A stretch of DNA of 64,000 nucleotides from Octopus vulgaris (GCA_951406725.2 OX597828.1:24490001-24554000), one strand, 5' to 3'; counted from the stretch's first letter, positions 27,170-42,760 are shown. The notes: generated from the sequence alone by a model not told the origin. Program-made: numbers and translations.

Positions 27170-27646
27170 TATTTTACTCTTTTATTTTCTTCAGTTATTT
27201 GACTGTCACCATGCTGGAGCACCGCCTTTATCTCCAGAGGAATAGCACAGTAAATTTTGCTCTTACGCGATATGTTTACGTTTGGTATGTTCCACAGATT
27301 GCTCTTTTTATATAATACTGCTTTTATTGTATATAACGGATTTTTTATTCAGCAGGGGTACTATTTACAACAACAAGCATTGTTCTATTATTGTTTTCCT
27401 ATATGGGTAGTCACAGATTTTGTCTTTGCGTGCCGTGAGAATGTTATTGACGAAGCTCAACGAAGCAGAAATGCACACCTAGCATTCTCGCCTCGACCGC
27501 TGGAAGAAGTTTCATCTAGTATTCATATATTTAGGCTTATGAACGCAGTACGTCCATAAAATATATTATCTCTGGATGAACACTGTAGTAAATTTGCTTT
27601 TAGGTGATACATTTACATTCAATACGAAGCACAAGTTGAATATGCA

Positions 27647-27719
<73 letters not shown>

Positions 27720-27728
27720 GCATATATG

Positions 27729-27814
<86 letters not shown>

Positions 27815-27818
<4 letters not shown>

Positions 27819-28075
27819 AGACGTGCGGCTTAGTTATCAGGGCATTCGGCTCACGATCGTAAGGTCGTGAGTTCAATTCCCGCCGACGCGTTGTGTCCTT
27901 GAGCAAGACACTTCATTTCATATTGCTGCAGTCCACTCATCTGGCAAAAGTGATTTCTACCTGTATTTCCAATGGCCAGCGCTGTCACACTCTGAATCTC
28001 CCTGATAATTATGTTAAAGGTTTCGTTCATCGTATCAGCTGAGACCCTCGTCGTCGTAACCGACGGAGCGCTCCT
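27815..28075 (+). mobile_element. tRNA-derived SINE (family D)
   Basis: gtgaagacgtgcggcttagt...gagttcaattccc...ttgtgtccttgagcaagacactt. Confidence 0.75.
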
Positions 28076-28082
28076 TTCATAC

Positions 28083-28114
<32 letters not shown>

Positions 28115-28116
<2 letters not shown>

Positions 28117-28420
28117 TCTTTCAATTTTTTATTCTTATTTTCGTTATTTTACTGGGGCCGTATTAGAGCACCGTCTTAAAGGATTTTTTAGTTGAAGAAA
28201 TCAACCCCACGACTTAATATTTGTAAGCCTAGTACTTATTCTATCGTTCTCTTTTGCCGAACCGCCAACTTACGCGAATGCAATGACACCCACATCCGTT
28301 GCCAAGCGATGATGGTGGGGGTCAGAAGCACAGACACAAAGACACACACATAAATATATGTATACACACACACACACACATATATACCTATATATATGTG
28401 TGTGTGTGTTTGTGTGTGTG

Positions 28421-28483
<63 letters not shown>

Positions 28484-28620
28484 ACGATGCGCGTCTTTCA
28501 GTTTCCGTATAACAAATCCTCTCGCGAGGCATTGGTCGGCCTCGGGCTATAGTAGAAGACATTTGCCCAAAATGCCGCAAAATGAGACTGAACCCAGAAC
28601 CATGTGGCTGGGAAGCAACT
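28115..28620 (-). mobile_element. SINE family B with expanded internal (CA/GT)n
   Basis: Reverse complement similarity to 9541-9895. Confidence 0.8.
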
Positions 28621-29860
28621 TCGTGTGTGTGTGTGTGCGTGCGCGCGTGTGTGAGAGTCTGTATGTATGTGTATTAATACATGAACGTCAATTAATCCGA
28701 CAGATGAAAGATAATACAATAAATGTTTATATATAATATTTCGGTAAATTGAAGATGTGGAAACTTTATCTACATGGACAAGATGAAAGACCTAAATACC
28801 TCACAATGTGGTAAGAAACTCTCAACAGAGCTGAACGTCAGAAGTTTATCAAAAAATGAAACCCCGCTCAGCAGGTGTTTCTGCCCTCCACTTCATACAC
28901 TCTAAGGGGGCCAGGCCGCATCCATGTCACGACTCCTGGGTGCGGTTCTACTACCTCTTTTTTTGACCATTGGATATTGGAGACTTGTGCAGTTGGACCA
29001 CCAGATTTTACGTTTAAAGCAGAAATAACGTTTTCACTTTTCATCGTAATTGTGAACCGTCAGTACTATCACAATGACTCTGACTCAGATTGACTTCCCT
29101 TAGCTTTGAAACGCAAAAATATATGAAGTGTGTATCGAACATATTGTAATTTAACGCCTCACATTACATGAGTCAGATTGTGTCGCAGTCAATGCAGATA
29201 TATCAAATCTTTCTAATACTGTTGTGACAGCTTTTAAATACTTATTAACTGATGGATCAGCTTTTATTTTCACGTACAGACATTGCGACTTATATTGTCA
29301 GCTGTTTCGACTCAAGACATTCTATGATACTACTGGTTATGTAAAATATGAAATATGAATTCGATGCAGTGATCGATAAATCAATTTTGATTTCATAATC
29401 CCTTCGTTAAGGTAAAATGTGCGTCCACAGCTTTCTACTCGAGAGTAAGAGTCAGGAGGGATCAATGAGAAAGAAAAAATATCTCCAATCCACTTTGGTA
29501 TGGGGACATTTTTATCGTCTCGTTTATAAACTCAACGTACAAATAAACGCATTCGTGCGTATCCGTGCGTATCCGAATGTATATGTATATATATAGAGAC
29601 AGACAGACAGAGACAGAGAGACAAAGTAAGATACATAAATAGGTAGTTAGAGAGAGATAGAGAGACAGATAGAAAGAGAGACGTGTTTACGTACACAAAT
29701 ATACATATGCACATCTTATGTAAAGACACAATTGTGTATACATAGGTGTGCATATGCATGTATATATTATGCGTGTGTGTGAGAGTATACATATGTGTGT
29801 GTGTATAAACTTAAATAAAGTTAGATGTTTCGTCCAAAGATTGGTCCAGGTCATATATAT

Positions 29861-29893
<33 letters not shown>

Positions 29894-29956
29894 CATATAA
29901 ACACATATATGTATACACATATACGTACACACTCACATATATGTATGTGCATACTC

Positions 29957-29996
<40 letters not shown>

Positions 29997-30531
29997 GAAT
30001 GTGCACATATGCAAATACAAACACGGACACACATACACCTGCAATTTTGGATATCAACATGAAATCCAATAAAGGAAAGTGGACAAACAGAAACTAGCAT
30101 TAACGTTTCTATTTCCTGTTGTTATTATTATTAATATTGTCATTGTTGCCCGTGTTCTTGTAGTTGTTGTTGTCATAGCTTTTGTTGTTGTTGCTGTTGT
30201 TTGTCATGATTTCTTGTTTATGGGAAAACATTTACTAAAAGCCCATAATCACCAACTCTAAAGCGTATCACGTTTACTATTAGTGTTGGCGGCATGGTCG
30301 GTAGAGCGGAACTTGACTGGGATTTCTGATTGACAATGGAACCACAGTAGTAAATGAAAAACCATTAAAGAACAGTGGATGTGTGGTGGCGGTGGTGGTG
30401 ATGGTGGTAGTGGTGGTGGTGGAAGTGACAGAGAAGGAGTTGGAGGAGGAGGCGATGGATAACGGATTGGGAATATTGTTGTTTGCACGCCGAGTACTAA
30501 ACTACAAATAATTAGATGAACGTGTGAGTGA

Positions 30532-30567
<36 letters not shown>

Positions 30568-30601
30568 CATTTATACATATATATATATATATATACGTTT
30601 A

Positions 30602-30644
<43 letters not shown>

Positions 30645-30678
30645 GTGTTTTTATGTGTGTGTGCATATGCATATATAC

Positions 30679-30716
<38 letters not shown>

Positions 30717-30862
30717 CTATATATATACATTTGCATACATATACACAGGTATATATACTAATTTGTACATACGCGCTTATATATATATATATATACATAT
30801 ATATATACACACACACACATATAGGTGAATGTTTCTGTGTGTATATGGACATATTTATGTAC

Positions 30863-30971
<109 letters not shown>

Positions 30972-31974
30972 TGTGTGTGTCTGTGTCTGTTCAGCATATG
31001 TATTCATACATATATATGCAATTTGGCATCTAGAGAGTAATGGATTGAAAAAACAAACCTGATTGATTTAAATGCATCTCATATGGAACAGTGATGGGAT
31101 AATGACGATGCTGGATGTTGATGTATGGAGATAATTGATTTCTATTGTGACGTATTAAATGTGCAGCTAAATACTCTAGCCATGCGCTAATCTTGCAGAT
31201 GTCTGACTCCAAAAGCTGACTCAATATTAGAGTCTATTTATGATCAAGTCTCACCAGTACCGTTTCGAGTGGTATATCGTTTCTGTTTCCCTGTGTTTGA
31301 AGCAGCGAGAGAGTCCTTATACTTGATATGACAACGAAATCTCATTAACAGTACGTCGCAATATTTAAAAATAAACGGCTTATTAGATATTGCAAACCAT
31401 GTCGTCTAGCAACAGACAAGGTGGTCATGACTAGGAAACCTTTGAGCATAATTTGTTCAGGTAATTTTGGCTAAGGACTAAGCAACAACGATCTCGTTGT
31501 ATACGAGCAAGTAAGACAGATGCATGTCCATTTTATTTACTAGAAAACAAAATCTCTCTCAAATTACATCCTTGTTCTCATAGAACAAATAACGATATAC
31601 TGAAATATTGACCAAAGTACACAATATCTAAAATTAAATAGAGGAGTTCACTGCTGAAATTCTTTGGATTATAGGGATTCTGCATTTTCTAGACTCATAT
31701 GGGTATCTAAGCAACAACAAAATAAGCCAAAGTTTTGCTATGTTTTACTTCCAATATCAGTAGAAATAGATATGGTTTTCAGTAAATTAGCTTCGCATTA
31801 ACATGAATAATGATGAGAGAGTCTATTTCTGGAGAATGATCGTTTAACCAATTGAAACTGTAGAGACCATTTTATAGTTTTTCCTCGATTCCTAGGACTC
31901 ATGATTATGTTACCAGGTCGGCATGGTTTATAGGTGTCGGAAATCAGAACATTTCCCTTGGCTTGAACGGGATG

Positions 31975-33310
31975 CCGGTTTCAAGGCTAGTAATTTTGAG
32001 AAAAGAGGAAAGAAGTCGATTACATTGACACCAGCATTTGACTTGTACTTTATTTTATTGGACGTGAAAGATGAAAGGCAAAACGAACCTCGGTGGAATT
32101 TGAATTCAGAACGTAAAGGTCGGAGAAAATGCCGTCAGCTATTTCGTCAAATGGGTTGCCGGCTCTACCAGCTCGCCGCCCTCTTTTCATCCCTAGTACT
32201 GAGCAATCCCATACGAGACTCATTCATATTCTCAACAAATGTATTCTTTCTTTCTCAGCCATCAAACAGACGAACTACCGCTGGTGGCTTTAAAAACGCT
32301 GCATCATTTTCATGGAGTTTTTCATAGATGAATGCAAAAATTGTTTTTCGTTGGATTCCATTCACCTTTTCTCATTTTATTGAAGACACCATGTTGTCGA
32401 CGAGTTAAGGCCGGATTTATTACACTTGTCTTAACGCTCGGAAAATAAAAGCACTGAAACAAAACCTGTGATATATTTCATCAAACGAAGTAACATTTCT
32501 AAAGATTGATCTCTTTACCGATTTTCTACCTATTGATTTCTTTACCTTGTGTCTAATTGCAATTGGAACACGTAACTCACAAGAAAATCTTTAGTCGCCA
32601 TATTTTTATTGAAAATTTTTCACCACGACGTTTTTTACGGTTTTAGTTCAAATCCTGCCAAGGTCAGACTCGCTCATAATACATCATCCACGTTTGGTAA
32701 AAATAAAGTACCAGTCAAGGATTGATGCCGATTTGATATTCTTTCATTTCCCCAAATTCATCTGTATTTTTTTTTACAGTTCTATAACACATGCACCCGA
32801 ACAAATACTGGTGCCTGTTAGTACCCTATCCTTCAAGATATGGTCTTGTCTTAAAATTAGTTGGTGGTATTGTGGATTAGAAGGCGGTGAACTGACAGAA
32901 TCAGCAGCACACCGGACAAAAATGCTTAGCGCCATTTCGTCCGTATTTACGTTCTGAGTTCAAATGCTGCCCAAGTCTACCTTGTTTTCTGTTCTCTCAG
33001 AATCGATAAAAATAAGTACCAGTTGTGCAATGGAGGAGGTCGAAGGAATCGACTTTCCCACTTCCCTGAACTTGCTGGCTTTTGGCCCTGTGCCCAAATT
33101 TGAAACTAATATCCTGGATTAGAAGATTTATTAAAGCGTCAGGCTTTAATGCCTTTCTTTCTGATCTTTGCTTTCCGGTTTCAAATTCCACCGAAGATGG
33201 GCTTGCCTTTCCATGGTCGATAAAATAAAGTACCAGTCAACTTCTGTGATCACTGATGTCGACAACTTCCCTTCTCGGCAAATTCCCTAGCCTCGTACTT
33301 AAACCAGAAA
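31975..33310. mobile_element. Cluster of diverged SINE A copies (one minus at 31975-32180, several plus at 32640-33310)
   Basis: Recurrent gttcaaat...tcgataaaataagtaccagt motifs. Confidence 0.65.
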
Positions 33311-34039
33311 TAAATTGCACTGTGTTCCACAATGTTTTCCTTGGGTAGCAACTATTATTTTCTTTTTACTTACACTTGACTAATATTTCCTTCACAATTT
33401 GCTTTCGTTACATATATTACAACCCCAAAGAATCCCTGTCAACGCATGCCTATGACGCTTCCCCAGTACCCCTGCTCCTGATCAGAGATTCACATAATGT
33501 CAGCCACTTAGGGATATGCTCAAGTGGTTACGGTCAAGCAAGTGACAAGCAAGTCTGTGGTATTGAGCAAAATATTTGCTATAACGATATTTCTGCTTCA
33601 GCAACTCGTCGCTGAATAAGTCTGAAATGTAATGGTAAATACGTCAGTGAGAAAGCATTGTTGATCAGGTCACAGAAGCAAAGTTTGAAGGGAACAGTAG
33701 TGATTTCATTTTATTTCTAGATGGAAGCAAACAGGATATAACACTCACGGGCGGGCTAAAGACAAAGAAAATTAAAAAGATTGTTACACTCTTATTAGGG
33801 TGATGGGTTAGCTGAATCGAAAGAGAGTTGGGAAAAGGTTTGGTGGTATTTTTTCCGGATTTTTACGTTTTGGTTTGAAACCCCACGAGAGTTAGCCATG
33901 CCTTTTATTCATCCTCATTATGGTAAAATAAACTACCCTCCGTGTATTATTGACAACTTCACCTTCTCTCAACATTGCAGTCCTTATACCGATGAACCAT
34001 TATCATTATCATGGCTATCGCTTCCATCGTTTTTAAATT

Positions 34040-34346
34040 GTCGTCTACAGTGTTACGAAACTAATCAAGCGTTTCAGAGACGGCTAAACTGGTACTCCGT
34101 CGGTTACTACGACGAAGGTTCCAGGCGATCCTATCAACGGGATAGCCTGCTTGTACACTTATCATCTTAGAGAGATTCAGTGTGACAAAACTGGCCCTTT
34201 GAAATACGGTACTTCTCATTTTTACTAACTGAGTGGACCGGAGTAATGCGAAATAAAATGTCTTACCCAACGACACAACGCACCGCCGGGAATCGAACCC
34301 ACGATCATGAGCCGAATGCCCTAACCACTGAGCTATGCGCCTTCAC
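34040..34346 (-). mobile_element. SINE family D
   Basis: Minus head gtgaaggcgcatagctcagtggttagggcattcggctcatgatc. Confidence 0.75.
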
Positions 34347-35119
34347 TAAAGGTTGTTTTCTGTTTATGACAGCTACATTCAGTCTCTTTTGTGAATCCTA
34401 CAGAATACTTTCACTTTTACTTTGACAATACTTTTACTGAACTGTGTTTCACATGTATTCACTAAACAATGCTTTTTCTTTTGCGTTTGTATACATAATT
34501 TCTCAACTGCTTTCTTTTATTTTATTAGCTTGCAGACTTCTCTTTCAAAGTCAGCCATTGCTGTACATCAACAACCAATCACAATTCAAGCTGTAATCTC
34601 CCTTTCTTGCACATATTACATATTTCAAAAGCTAGTTATCACGTGGCCGTAGTGCCTTCTCTTAATGTCTCTCCGGGATATATATTTGTCAGAAGGTCAA
34701 ACCATATGAATCATAATCAATACCTTCTTTTGATAATTGTTGTCCGAAATTATTCCTCTTCTTATGTCAAGAGTTAGCTTTACATATATGACTTTTAAAA
34801 TCCCTCCGCAGTTCATTATTCTTATTCTCCCGTGTGTCCCGGTTCTGTTCAATTTGCTTTTTATGTCCTATCGAATTCTTCTAAATCAATCCTTTTCTTA
34901 TTTCGTTCGAGTTATTATTATTATTATTATTATTATTATCATTATTAGTTCTTGCTCCATCAATTCACTGCATATAACTTTTTAACATTTTTTATTTCTA
35001 GCACGTAATTTACATCTAGACAGTAAATAATGAACTCGGTTTTTTTCTTCTCTCTTTTTTTTACTTCCATAGTCTATAAAAATCAGATTGAATAATCATA
35101 TCTAACTTTCCCTATCGCC

Positions 35120-35511
35120 ATGTCTCTCTCACTTTCTCTATCATTCCTTTATCTACCTCCCTTACTTTCTCTCTCTTTCTTTCTCTTTCTCTCCCTTTCA
35201 CTTTCTCTCTCTTTCAGTTTCTCTCTCCATCTTCCTCTGTCGATCTCTCTCTTTCTGTATCTCGCTTTCTGCATCTCTAACTCTGTCTCTCTCTTTCTCT
35301 CTCTATCTTTGTAGCTCTATCTTTGTCTCTCTCTGTCTCTCCCTGTCTATCTCTCTCTTATTCTGTCTCTTTCTTTCTCTTTCTTTCAGTCTCTTTCATT
35401 CTGTCTCTAACTCTGTCTCTTTCTCTATTTCTCTCTATCTCTCTGTATCTTTGTATTTCTTCCTCTTTCTCTTTATCCTTGTCTTTGTCTCTCTCTTTAT
35501 CTATCTCTGCT

Positions 35512-35543
<32 letters not shown>

Positions 35544-35967
35544 CTTATCCCTGTCTTTCTCTCTCTCCCTCCCTCCCTCTCTTTCCAACTCTTCCATTTT
35601 CCATCATTTGTTTCTGCATAACAATGATCATGACCAAATGTATCTTCCAGGAAAGAAGAGTTACAGTTACGCCATCCCCAACCAAATTACGATAACCTTA
35701 AAAGTCTTCAGTCTCACAAGAATTACCTCTACGAATAGACTACAACAAATCCTTTACTTCATACGACCTTTTGTTTTCGCTTTTGTTTTTGAAGTTGCTT
35801 TCTCAGATTCTGATTCAAATGTCCTCCCATATACTTTTCATTCACCTCACTACCGCCACGACTTCATTCTTTGTAAAGTTTCATCATCAAATGTCAATAT
35901 TATTCTCCGTCATTATTATATTTCCGACTTCCCTTTCAATAAAACAGTGTCCTTTTTCTCATTTTCA

Positions 35968-36024
<57 letters not shown>

Positions 36025-36660
36025 TTCACTCTCTCACTCAGTCTCGCACCTTACCTTCTTTTTTGTCCAACCCTCCTCTCTCTCTCTCTCTCTCTCTTTC
36101 TCTTTTTCTGCGTTCTACTTTGTGCAAGTCGCACTCCCATAATCCTGTATTCTCCTTCTCTCTCTCTGCAACTCTCTCTCTTACTCTCCTCTTCTCCTTC
36201 AATTCCCTTTCTTCTCTTTCCTCCTCCAGTCTCTGCCTTACTCTATTCTCACTCCTACACTGTTTCCTATTCTGTCAGTCAGTCTGTCTGCTTGTCTGTC
36301 TGTCTGTCTTTCTCTATCTGCCTCCCTCTCCTCTCTCTCTCTCTCTCTTTCTCGCTTTCTCTCTCTCTCTCTCTATTTGTCTGCCTCTCTCTCGCTCTCT
36401 CTCCAACTCTGTCTCTCATTCTCCCTTCCTTACTCCCCTATTCTATCCCGCCAACTCGCGTCTCTCTTATCCTCCATTATCTCTCAAACTGTCTCTTCTA
36501 CTTTCTTTCCTATTCTCTTCTCTATTCTTTCCTTATATTCTCCCTCCAGTCTCACTTCTGCTCTCTCCCCTGTTCCTACTCTTTCTTCCCCTTCACATAC
36601 ACACTCTCCCCTTGTCTCTCTCTCTCTATCTCTATCTCTGTCTTTGTCACTCTTTCCCGT
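35120..36660. repeat. CT-rich low-complexity / (CT)n region
   Basis: Direct reading; explains the S/L-rich pseudo-ORFs. Confidence 0.9.
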
Positions 36661-38442
36661 TGCCCTCATAAATCAAGTTGACTTTTTCATCCCTATCTAA
36701 CATCCAGCTCTATCAGAATCTTCACATCTCTTCCTTCCCATCATCCGTGCTTCTCAGTCATAAATATTTCATTATATGTTTATCTGTTCACAACAAACAG
36801 AGAATCTCTGTCTTTCACCAGACCCTCTCTCTCTCTTTCCCTATTTTTCTCCCTATTTTCCTCTCCCTCTCTAGTGTCTCATTTAATGATTGTACCCACC
36901 CACCCATTCTACTCCACACCCAAATCCACATCCGGCTCTACATCCTCTATATCTGATATGCTGGATTAAACTACATTCATCATATGATTCCACCCCAAAC
37001 TTCTGCAACTAATCTGCAGTTTATAGCTTACACTTGAATCATTATTACAGCGTAGATTTATCGTACCAAACAGTTTTCATTAAGATATCAACTCAATCCG
37101 AATCTCATGTGATTATTTCTAATTTGTCTACCTTTTCACCTCACAAGTTTACAGATTACATTCTTGTCGAGATCAAAAGATATTTTCGATCATTTTCATT
37201 GTGTAAAAGAAAAGCCAGGGTCGAAAGAAATTTGTGTTGTTTAGCATCGGCAACAGTTATAAAATGAAGTAAATGAGGTTGGACTAGTTTGTATTCCAAT
37301 GTAAGAAATAGTTTGACTTTTCGAGATTGAGTTTTCGTCTGAGAGAAAGAAAGAAGAAAACGTTGACATTTTTTTATTTAATCTTTAAGTCAAGGAAGAT
37401 GAAGATGTGTTGCTTGGTTGGTGAGCTGTTGCATTAATGATCGTGAGAGAATGGTTTCGATTCCCGCTCATCGACTTAACTACAAATGAGTTCAAACAAT
37501 AGCTGGGAAGTTAAACCTGCTGCAATCTAGCAGCCAGTTCAGGGATGAAAGGAGAGTTATGATCTCGGTCACTTTTATCCCATGGAAACTGGTCAACTGC
37601 CCTTATATGTCTAGAGATTTATGATGGACCTTAAGGCTCTTAGTCAGAAGGAGTAGTTGCGCCCATAACAATTTTATAAGGGGTTCCAAGACTAATGAGA
37701 GCCAGGAAAGGTGGAAGATATCCTCGAAATGGCAATCTAGCACAAATTTTTGAAAGAGAGAGGACATCGTCAGAGACAACAGAGTTACTTGGCATAGGTA
37801 ATGGTAAACCAGATATCAGATTCAATCTACCAACCAAGAAGACCATGACAAGATTTGAGCTCAGATCGTCAGGAATTGGAACATATACTGCATTGGAATT
37901 AATCCCTTGTTTTTGCAGATTTTCCAATCAACCACTGTGGATTAACACGTCTTTTTTTTAATCATCTCTAAAAGGAAAATAAAAACGGCAGACGACCGCG
38001 GTGAAATTTGAACTCAAAGTACAGGGTGCTGGAATAAAATCGCATGCTGTCCGACGCTCTAGCGATGCCTTCAATTTGTCGCAGCTTTCATTATTGATAC
38101 ACTAAAAGTCAAATTTGTCTTCGCTTTTGTACATATAACCTTCACATTTTACAATTAGCTATATGACTGACACCGGTCTGATTTCTCTGACATTAACTTG
38201 TTGGCTACGAACCATCAAGAGACATTTCTACGTGGTTAAAAACAGCAGCTATATTTTCTCTTGAAGCACTTTCTATGTAATTCAATGAAAGACACGTAAG
38301 AGGATAATGTAGTCGTATTTACGCAAATTCATATGAGACGGTCATATCTAGAAAATTTCGATTAGAAGTTATGTTCGTTCAGGGCTGACTTGTTCAAGTA
38401 CAAACAACAGACAATAACGATTAGGTAAACAGCAGTGAAGGA

Positions 38443-38640
38443 GTAGAGGTTCAATGACCCAGTGGTTAGGACAGCGGACTCGCGGTCATAAGAACGCGGT
38501 TTCGATTCCCAGACCGGACATTGTGAGTTTTTTTATTGAGCAAAAGCACCTAAGGTCCACAAGGCAGCAGCGGAGGGGGGGTTGTACCCCGCTGTACTTT
38601 CACCACAACTTTCTCTCACTCTTTCTTCCTATTTCTGCCA
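38443..38640 (+). mobile_element. SINE family C 5' part
   Basis: Head matches the reverse complement of 22150-22256. Confidence 0.75.
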
Positions 38641-41524
38641 CAAAGCAGAGGAACCATGGTGTAACCCACTAAGGTGTGGTAACCTTTCAGACCCTAGTCT
38701 AGATTGCGAATCCTCTGTACCCCAGGATAATTCAGCTCTCCACCCGTTAAAAGCCACCGTTTACGGAATGAGGATAACAACGTAGCTTTCGCACCCGTGC
38801 AACCGCCAGTCTATTGCGTGTGGTGGGTGGATCTTCAAGTTGCCACACACATTCTTAGTAGCTTAGAGTAGGCTCGAATTAGAGATTATTCGTTGTGGCT
38901 AATGGCGTGAGTCCTGATTGGAAGAAGAAGAAGAAGAAGAAGACAGCAACGATGGTGTCTGTATAGCAGCTCAATCTGCTAGAAATGGCACCAGAATCTA
39001 TTTATAATTATACTCATTTGTCTTCCGAAAAGGAAACATGAGATAACATAATACTAGAAATGCAATGCCTAAGAGTAGGATGGGTCGATCATAGTCTTGG
39101 ATCATAGGTTTGATTCATTGTTTTATTTTACATTATATTTTACATTATATATATGTTGCACGTGATGGATCCTGGTCTAAAATCGCTTTACATTTGACTT
39201 ATTTCTTCATTTATTCTTCAGGTAATTCTTTGTTAAGATGGGGTTTTTTTGTCTCTTTCTTTACTTTAGTGACATGACATTTGATTTATGATTCGAAGCT
39301 TTGTGAGTCATGTCTTTTAATTTTGGCAATGCAACAATGATTGGTTATTCATACTCGACTCGTATGTAACCCGTCTCATAGTTTTCATTGCATCACCCTT
39401 AGTTCTGGTTATTTAGTCCTTTTCCCGCTCTCTATGATCTTATATTCCATCGTCCACAATTGGCTACCTTCCTTCTTTCATTGTTCTCCTTGCCTTTTCT
39501 TCTTTCAAAATTCTATTCTCATTAGTAACCCTGAAAACAGGACACCGACAGTTTGTTCTTATCATCCTTATCTATTCATTCTTACGTATTCACTCAAACT
39601 TCCCATTATCTAAAATTGATCCTCTTTTGTCCTTAATCCTACCGCATAGATTACACATTCACCTGTTGTTGCAGATCACATTTATTTTATCTCAGATTTC
39701 TTCCGTTTTTTTTTTTTTTTCTGTTCATAGAAATTCTCAAATACTTGGTATTTGAATTAGCATTGACCATCATCTGGCCATTTGGCTTCTGCTTTGATAA
39801 TGCAAAACACATCTCTTTATTTAAGATATTATGACAATGTTGATCTTCAATCTTTATTATTGTATTTCATGTCGTCTTTCATTGTTTAATGGAATTTAAT
39901 CAATCTCCCGTTTTCTTCTCTTGTTCCCCCCCCCCCCCCATTCAAACAATATTTTCTTTAGTAATATGCTACATGCCAATTGTGTGTTAAATCCTTCTTC
40001 GTTTTGTCCTTTATTATAAGATTTTTTATATTTCTTCTTCACTGTATAAATATTCATAGTTGCTTCCTACTGCCCCGCATTACATTTCTGTTAGCATTCT
40101 GTCTCTTTTTGCAAGTTTAATTAATTATTCTCATATTTTAACCATCTTCATTTTATTAAGGTTGATTTGTAATTTAATTAACTATTCGATTATGGTTTGA
40201 ATTGATACCCGCTCCAGGGTGTGCTTTTGCAAGCTTCACTCATTTTCTAAGCCACTAGTTGGATTTCGGTCGGTTGGATTGTTAAACCAAATAAAATTCA
40301 ATAATTGTCTCCTGGCAGAAATCCCTTTATTTTTCAGATTAACTTGTATAACTCATTTTATTTTGTGATCAAAATGTTTATTTTTTCTGTTTGAATTCCT
40401 TCGCCATTTTTTCTGTTCTTACTCTCAACTTCATGCAAGTATGTATTAACCATCAATATATAGGCTGATGTATATAAAAGGCAGGTGTTCGTCGTGATAT
40501 TCAGAAGATCGATTCGCAGCTACGTGTGTAGCTTCAGATTCGATTTTGCCGGACAGTAACTGAAAAATGCACCTTCTACCATACGCTCCGAAAGACAAAA
40601 GCCTTTCAAATGGAAATTGGTAAATGGAAACTGTGTGGAAGTCTGCTTAAAGATCATACTATTTCTTGAAGAGGAAATGTGGTATGTCACCCTATATAAC
40701 ACTCCCACGTGACACTTGTGGAACTTTAGTGTAGCTGAGATTTTTGTAAGCATTTAAGCCAGGTCTCTAGACTGAGAATTTCTTTTCTTTCTCTCAATAG
40801 TCTCGGTATTAAAAGAGAAAACTTAGTACTGACTTGGGCATCAGTATTTGAACCCTAACAAACTAGGGTTCTTCACTAATATGGCTCCTAAAGAATTTGT
40901 TAGACTACGACCGTACGTGAGGAGTTTGGTGACATATTTCTCCTCTTGTACAGCGCACGGCCGCATCCCAACATAACATATTTTATAAGCCACACTACAT
41001 GTTTATATACAGTGCCAAAGTAAATGAATAAAGGACGCCAAAAACCGACTACTTTTATAAAGAGAAGATATATTTTATTCACAGTGTACAAAGTGATTTG
41101 TGATTATTAGCATAGTGTTGTGTCATGAATGCATGCTTATAATATTTGTGTCTGTGTGTTCGTATGTGCGACAGAAGTACAGAATAAGGTGCATGCGAAT
41201 ACAACAGAGCATAAGAGAAGTCTCAACAATTTTGTACGAGGTGCTTTGACAAATTTTCATGTAGTTCCTTTCTTGTTCAAAATTTCAAACTCAAGTGCCA
41301 TGACTGTTTTACTACCTAGTGTAATATAATTCAGAAAAACACGTAGTTAAAGAAGAAATTATCACTCCTGTATGGTTTTCTAAGTAACGCTTTACACCCT
41401 GAATCACTCATTGTCAATGCCATCGATAATATCTGATTGCATACTTAGAATAACGACCAAATTTCCACGAATCACGTGACTCCATCTTTAAAACAGGAAG
41501 GAAATATTAGACAACGTCTTCCTC

Positions 41525-41760
41525 TCGAGCCCTTCGCTTCCTATGGAGCTTACGCCGTCGACGACTGTTCACCATCATCCTCACCTATAAGCTGTCTTTT
41601 CCGGTTATTTCCAGATAGATCCCTACTTTTTCATCTGTGAATCAGTATCCCGCCTCCAGCTGTTTTTAAGGGCGTGATTTCTTTTGTCTACCTTGCTTGG
41701 TAAAACTTTTGAGTTTAGGATCTTTGGTAGACCATTTCTGTTTCCTTCGGTTTTCTTTCA
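41525..41760 (-). mobile_element. Decayed RTE-like LINE 3' end
   Basis: Minus strand QGRQKKSRP/KNSWRRDTDSQMKK*GSIW, resembling the RTE GKRKRGRPKNTWRR motif. Confidence 0.6.
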
Positions 41761-42116
41761 AAATGATTTTGATACCAAGAGAGTTGCAGACTACTCTTTA
41801 TCATACTATTGACCAAAGGCTCATTAGTTCATCAATATTTCTGGGTATAATCTATTTACTTTCTTGATAGACTTCAGCTTACAAGAGAATCCACTTCTAT
41901 TTTGAATAAACAAATTGTTGGTGTCTGTTTTGGGTTCAGTTATTTCTTCTTAAAGTAATGTCCTATGTCAAAATTTCCTGAACAATTTATCTTCTGTAAA
42001 TATCTTGCACTCTAGATTTAGGTTCTTGAAAACTTATTTAATTTCTATATGAATATATGTATGTGTGTATATTTGCACGAATATACAGGTATATACATCT
42101 ATAAACACAAACACAC

Positions 42117-42186
<70 letters not shown>

Positions 42187-42238
42187 GATGGATGGATGGA
42201 TGGATGGATGGATGGATGGATGGATGGATGGATGGATG

Positions 42239-42302
<64 letters not shown>

Positions 42303-42350
42303 CATGCATGCATACGCAATGGGGTGGCTAAAAATGAAAGAAAAAGCGAA

Positions 42351-42760
42351 ATTTACATTATTTACATTTGACGGATATTTGTCCTCATATATGTAATGGA
42401 TCCTCTCACGAACGGGGCATGTCCTGCCCTTTCCGCTACTCTTCTAGATTTATATGAATCCACAGGTGTCATTATATTCAAGCCAGGTGGTATTAGCTTT
42501 GAGTCTCTACATCTACACAGGAAAGTTAGATGATTGAAAGACGAGGTAGTTTTTGATAGAGTTGCTCTATATGTCTTCACTGAAGTCTAATATCGGCTCT
42601 GTACCGATTAGATAATATAGTTCTATATGTAAGAGATGAGGAATTATGTACATTATTCACATTATTTGCATTTGACGGATATTTGTCAAATGTAAATAAT
42701 GATATCCGTCAAAAGTAAATAATGTAAATAATGTACATAATTCCTCATCTCTTAAATATA
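42351..42760 (-). mobile_element. PLE 5' ORF fragment flanked by rearranged terminal-repeat pieces
   Basis: Minus ORF NHLTFLCRCRDSKLIPPGL resembles the PLE N-terminal motif. Segment tttacattatttacatttgacggatat occurs at 42352, ~42655 and inverted at 42702-42760. Confidence 0.6.

Noticed and set aside
35323-36681. 452-aa ORF
   Set aside because: S/L-rich translation of CT-rich low-complexity DNA.
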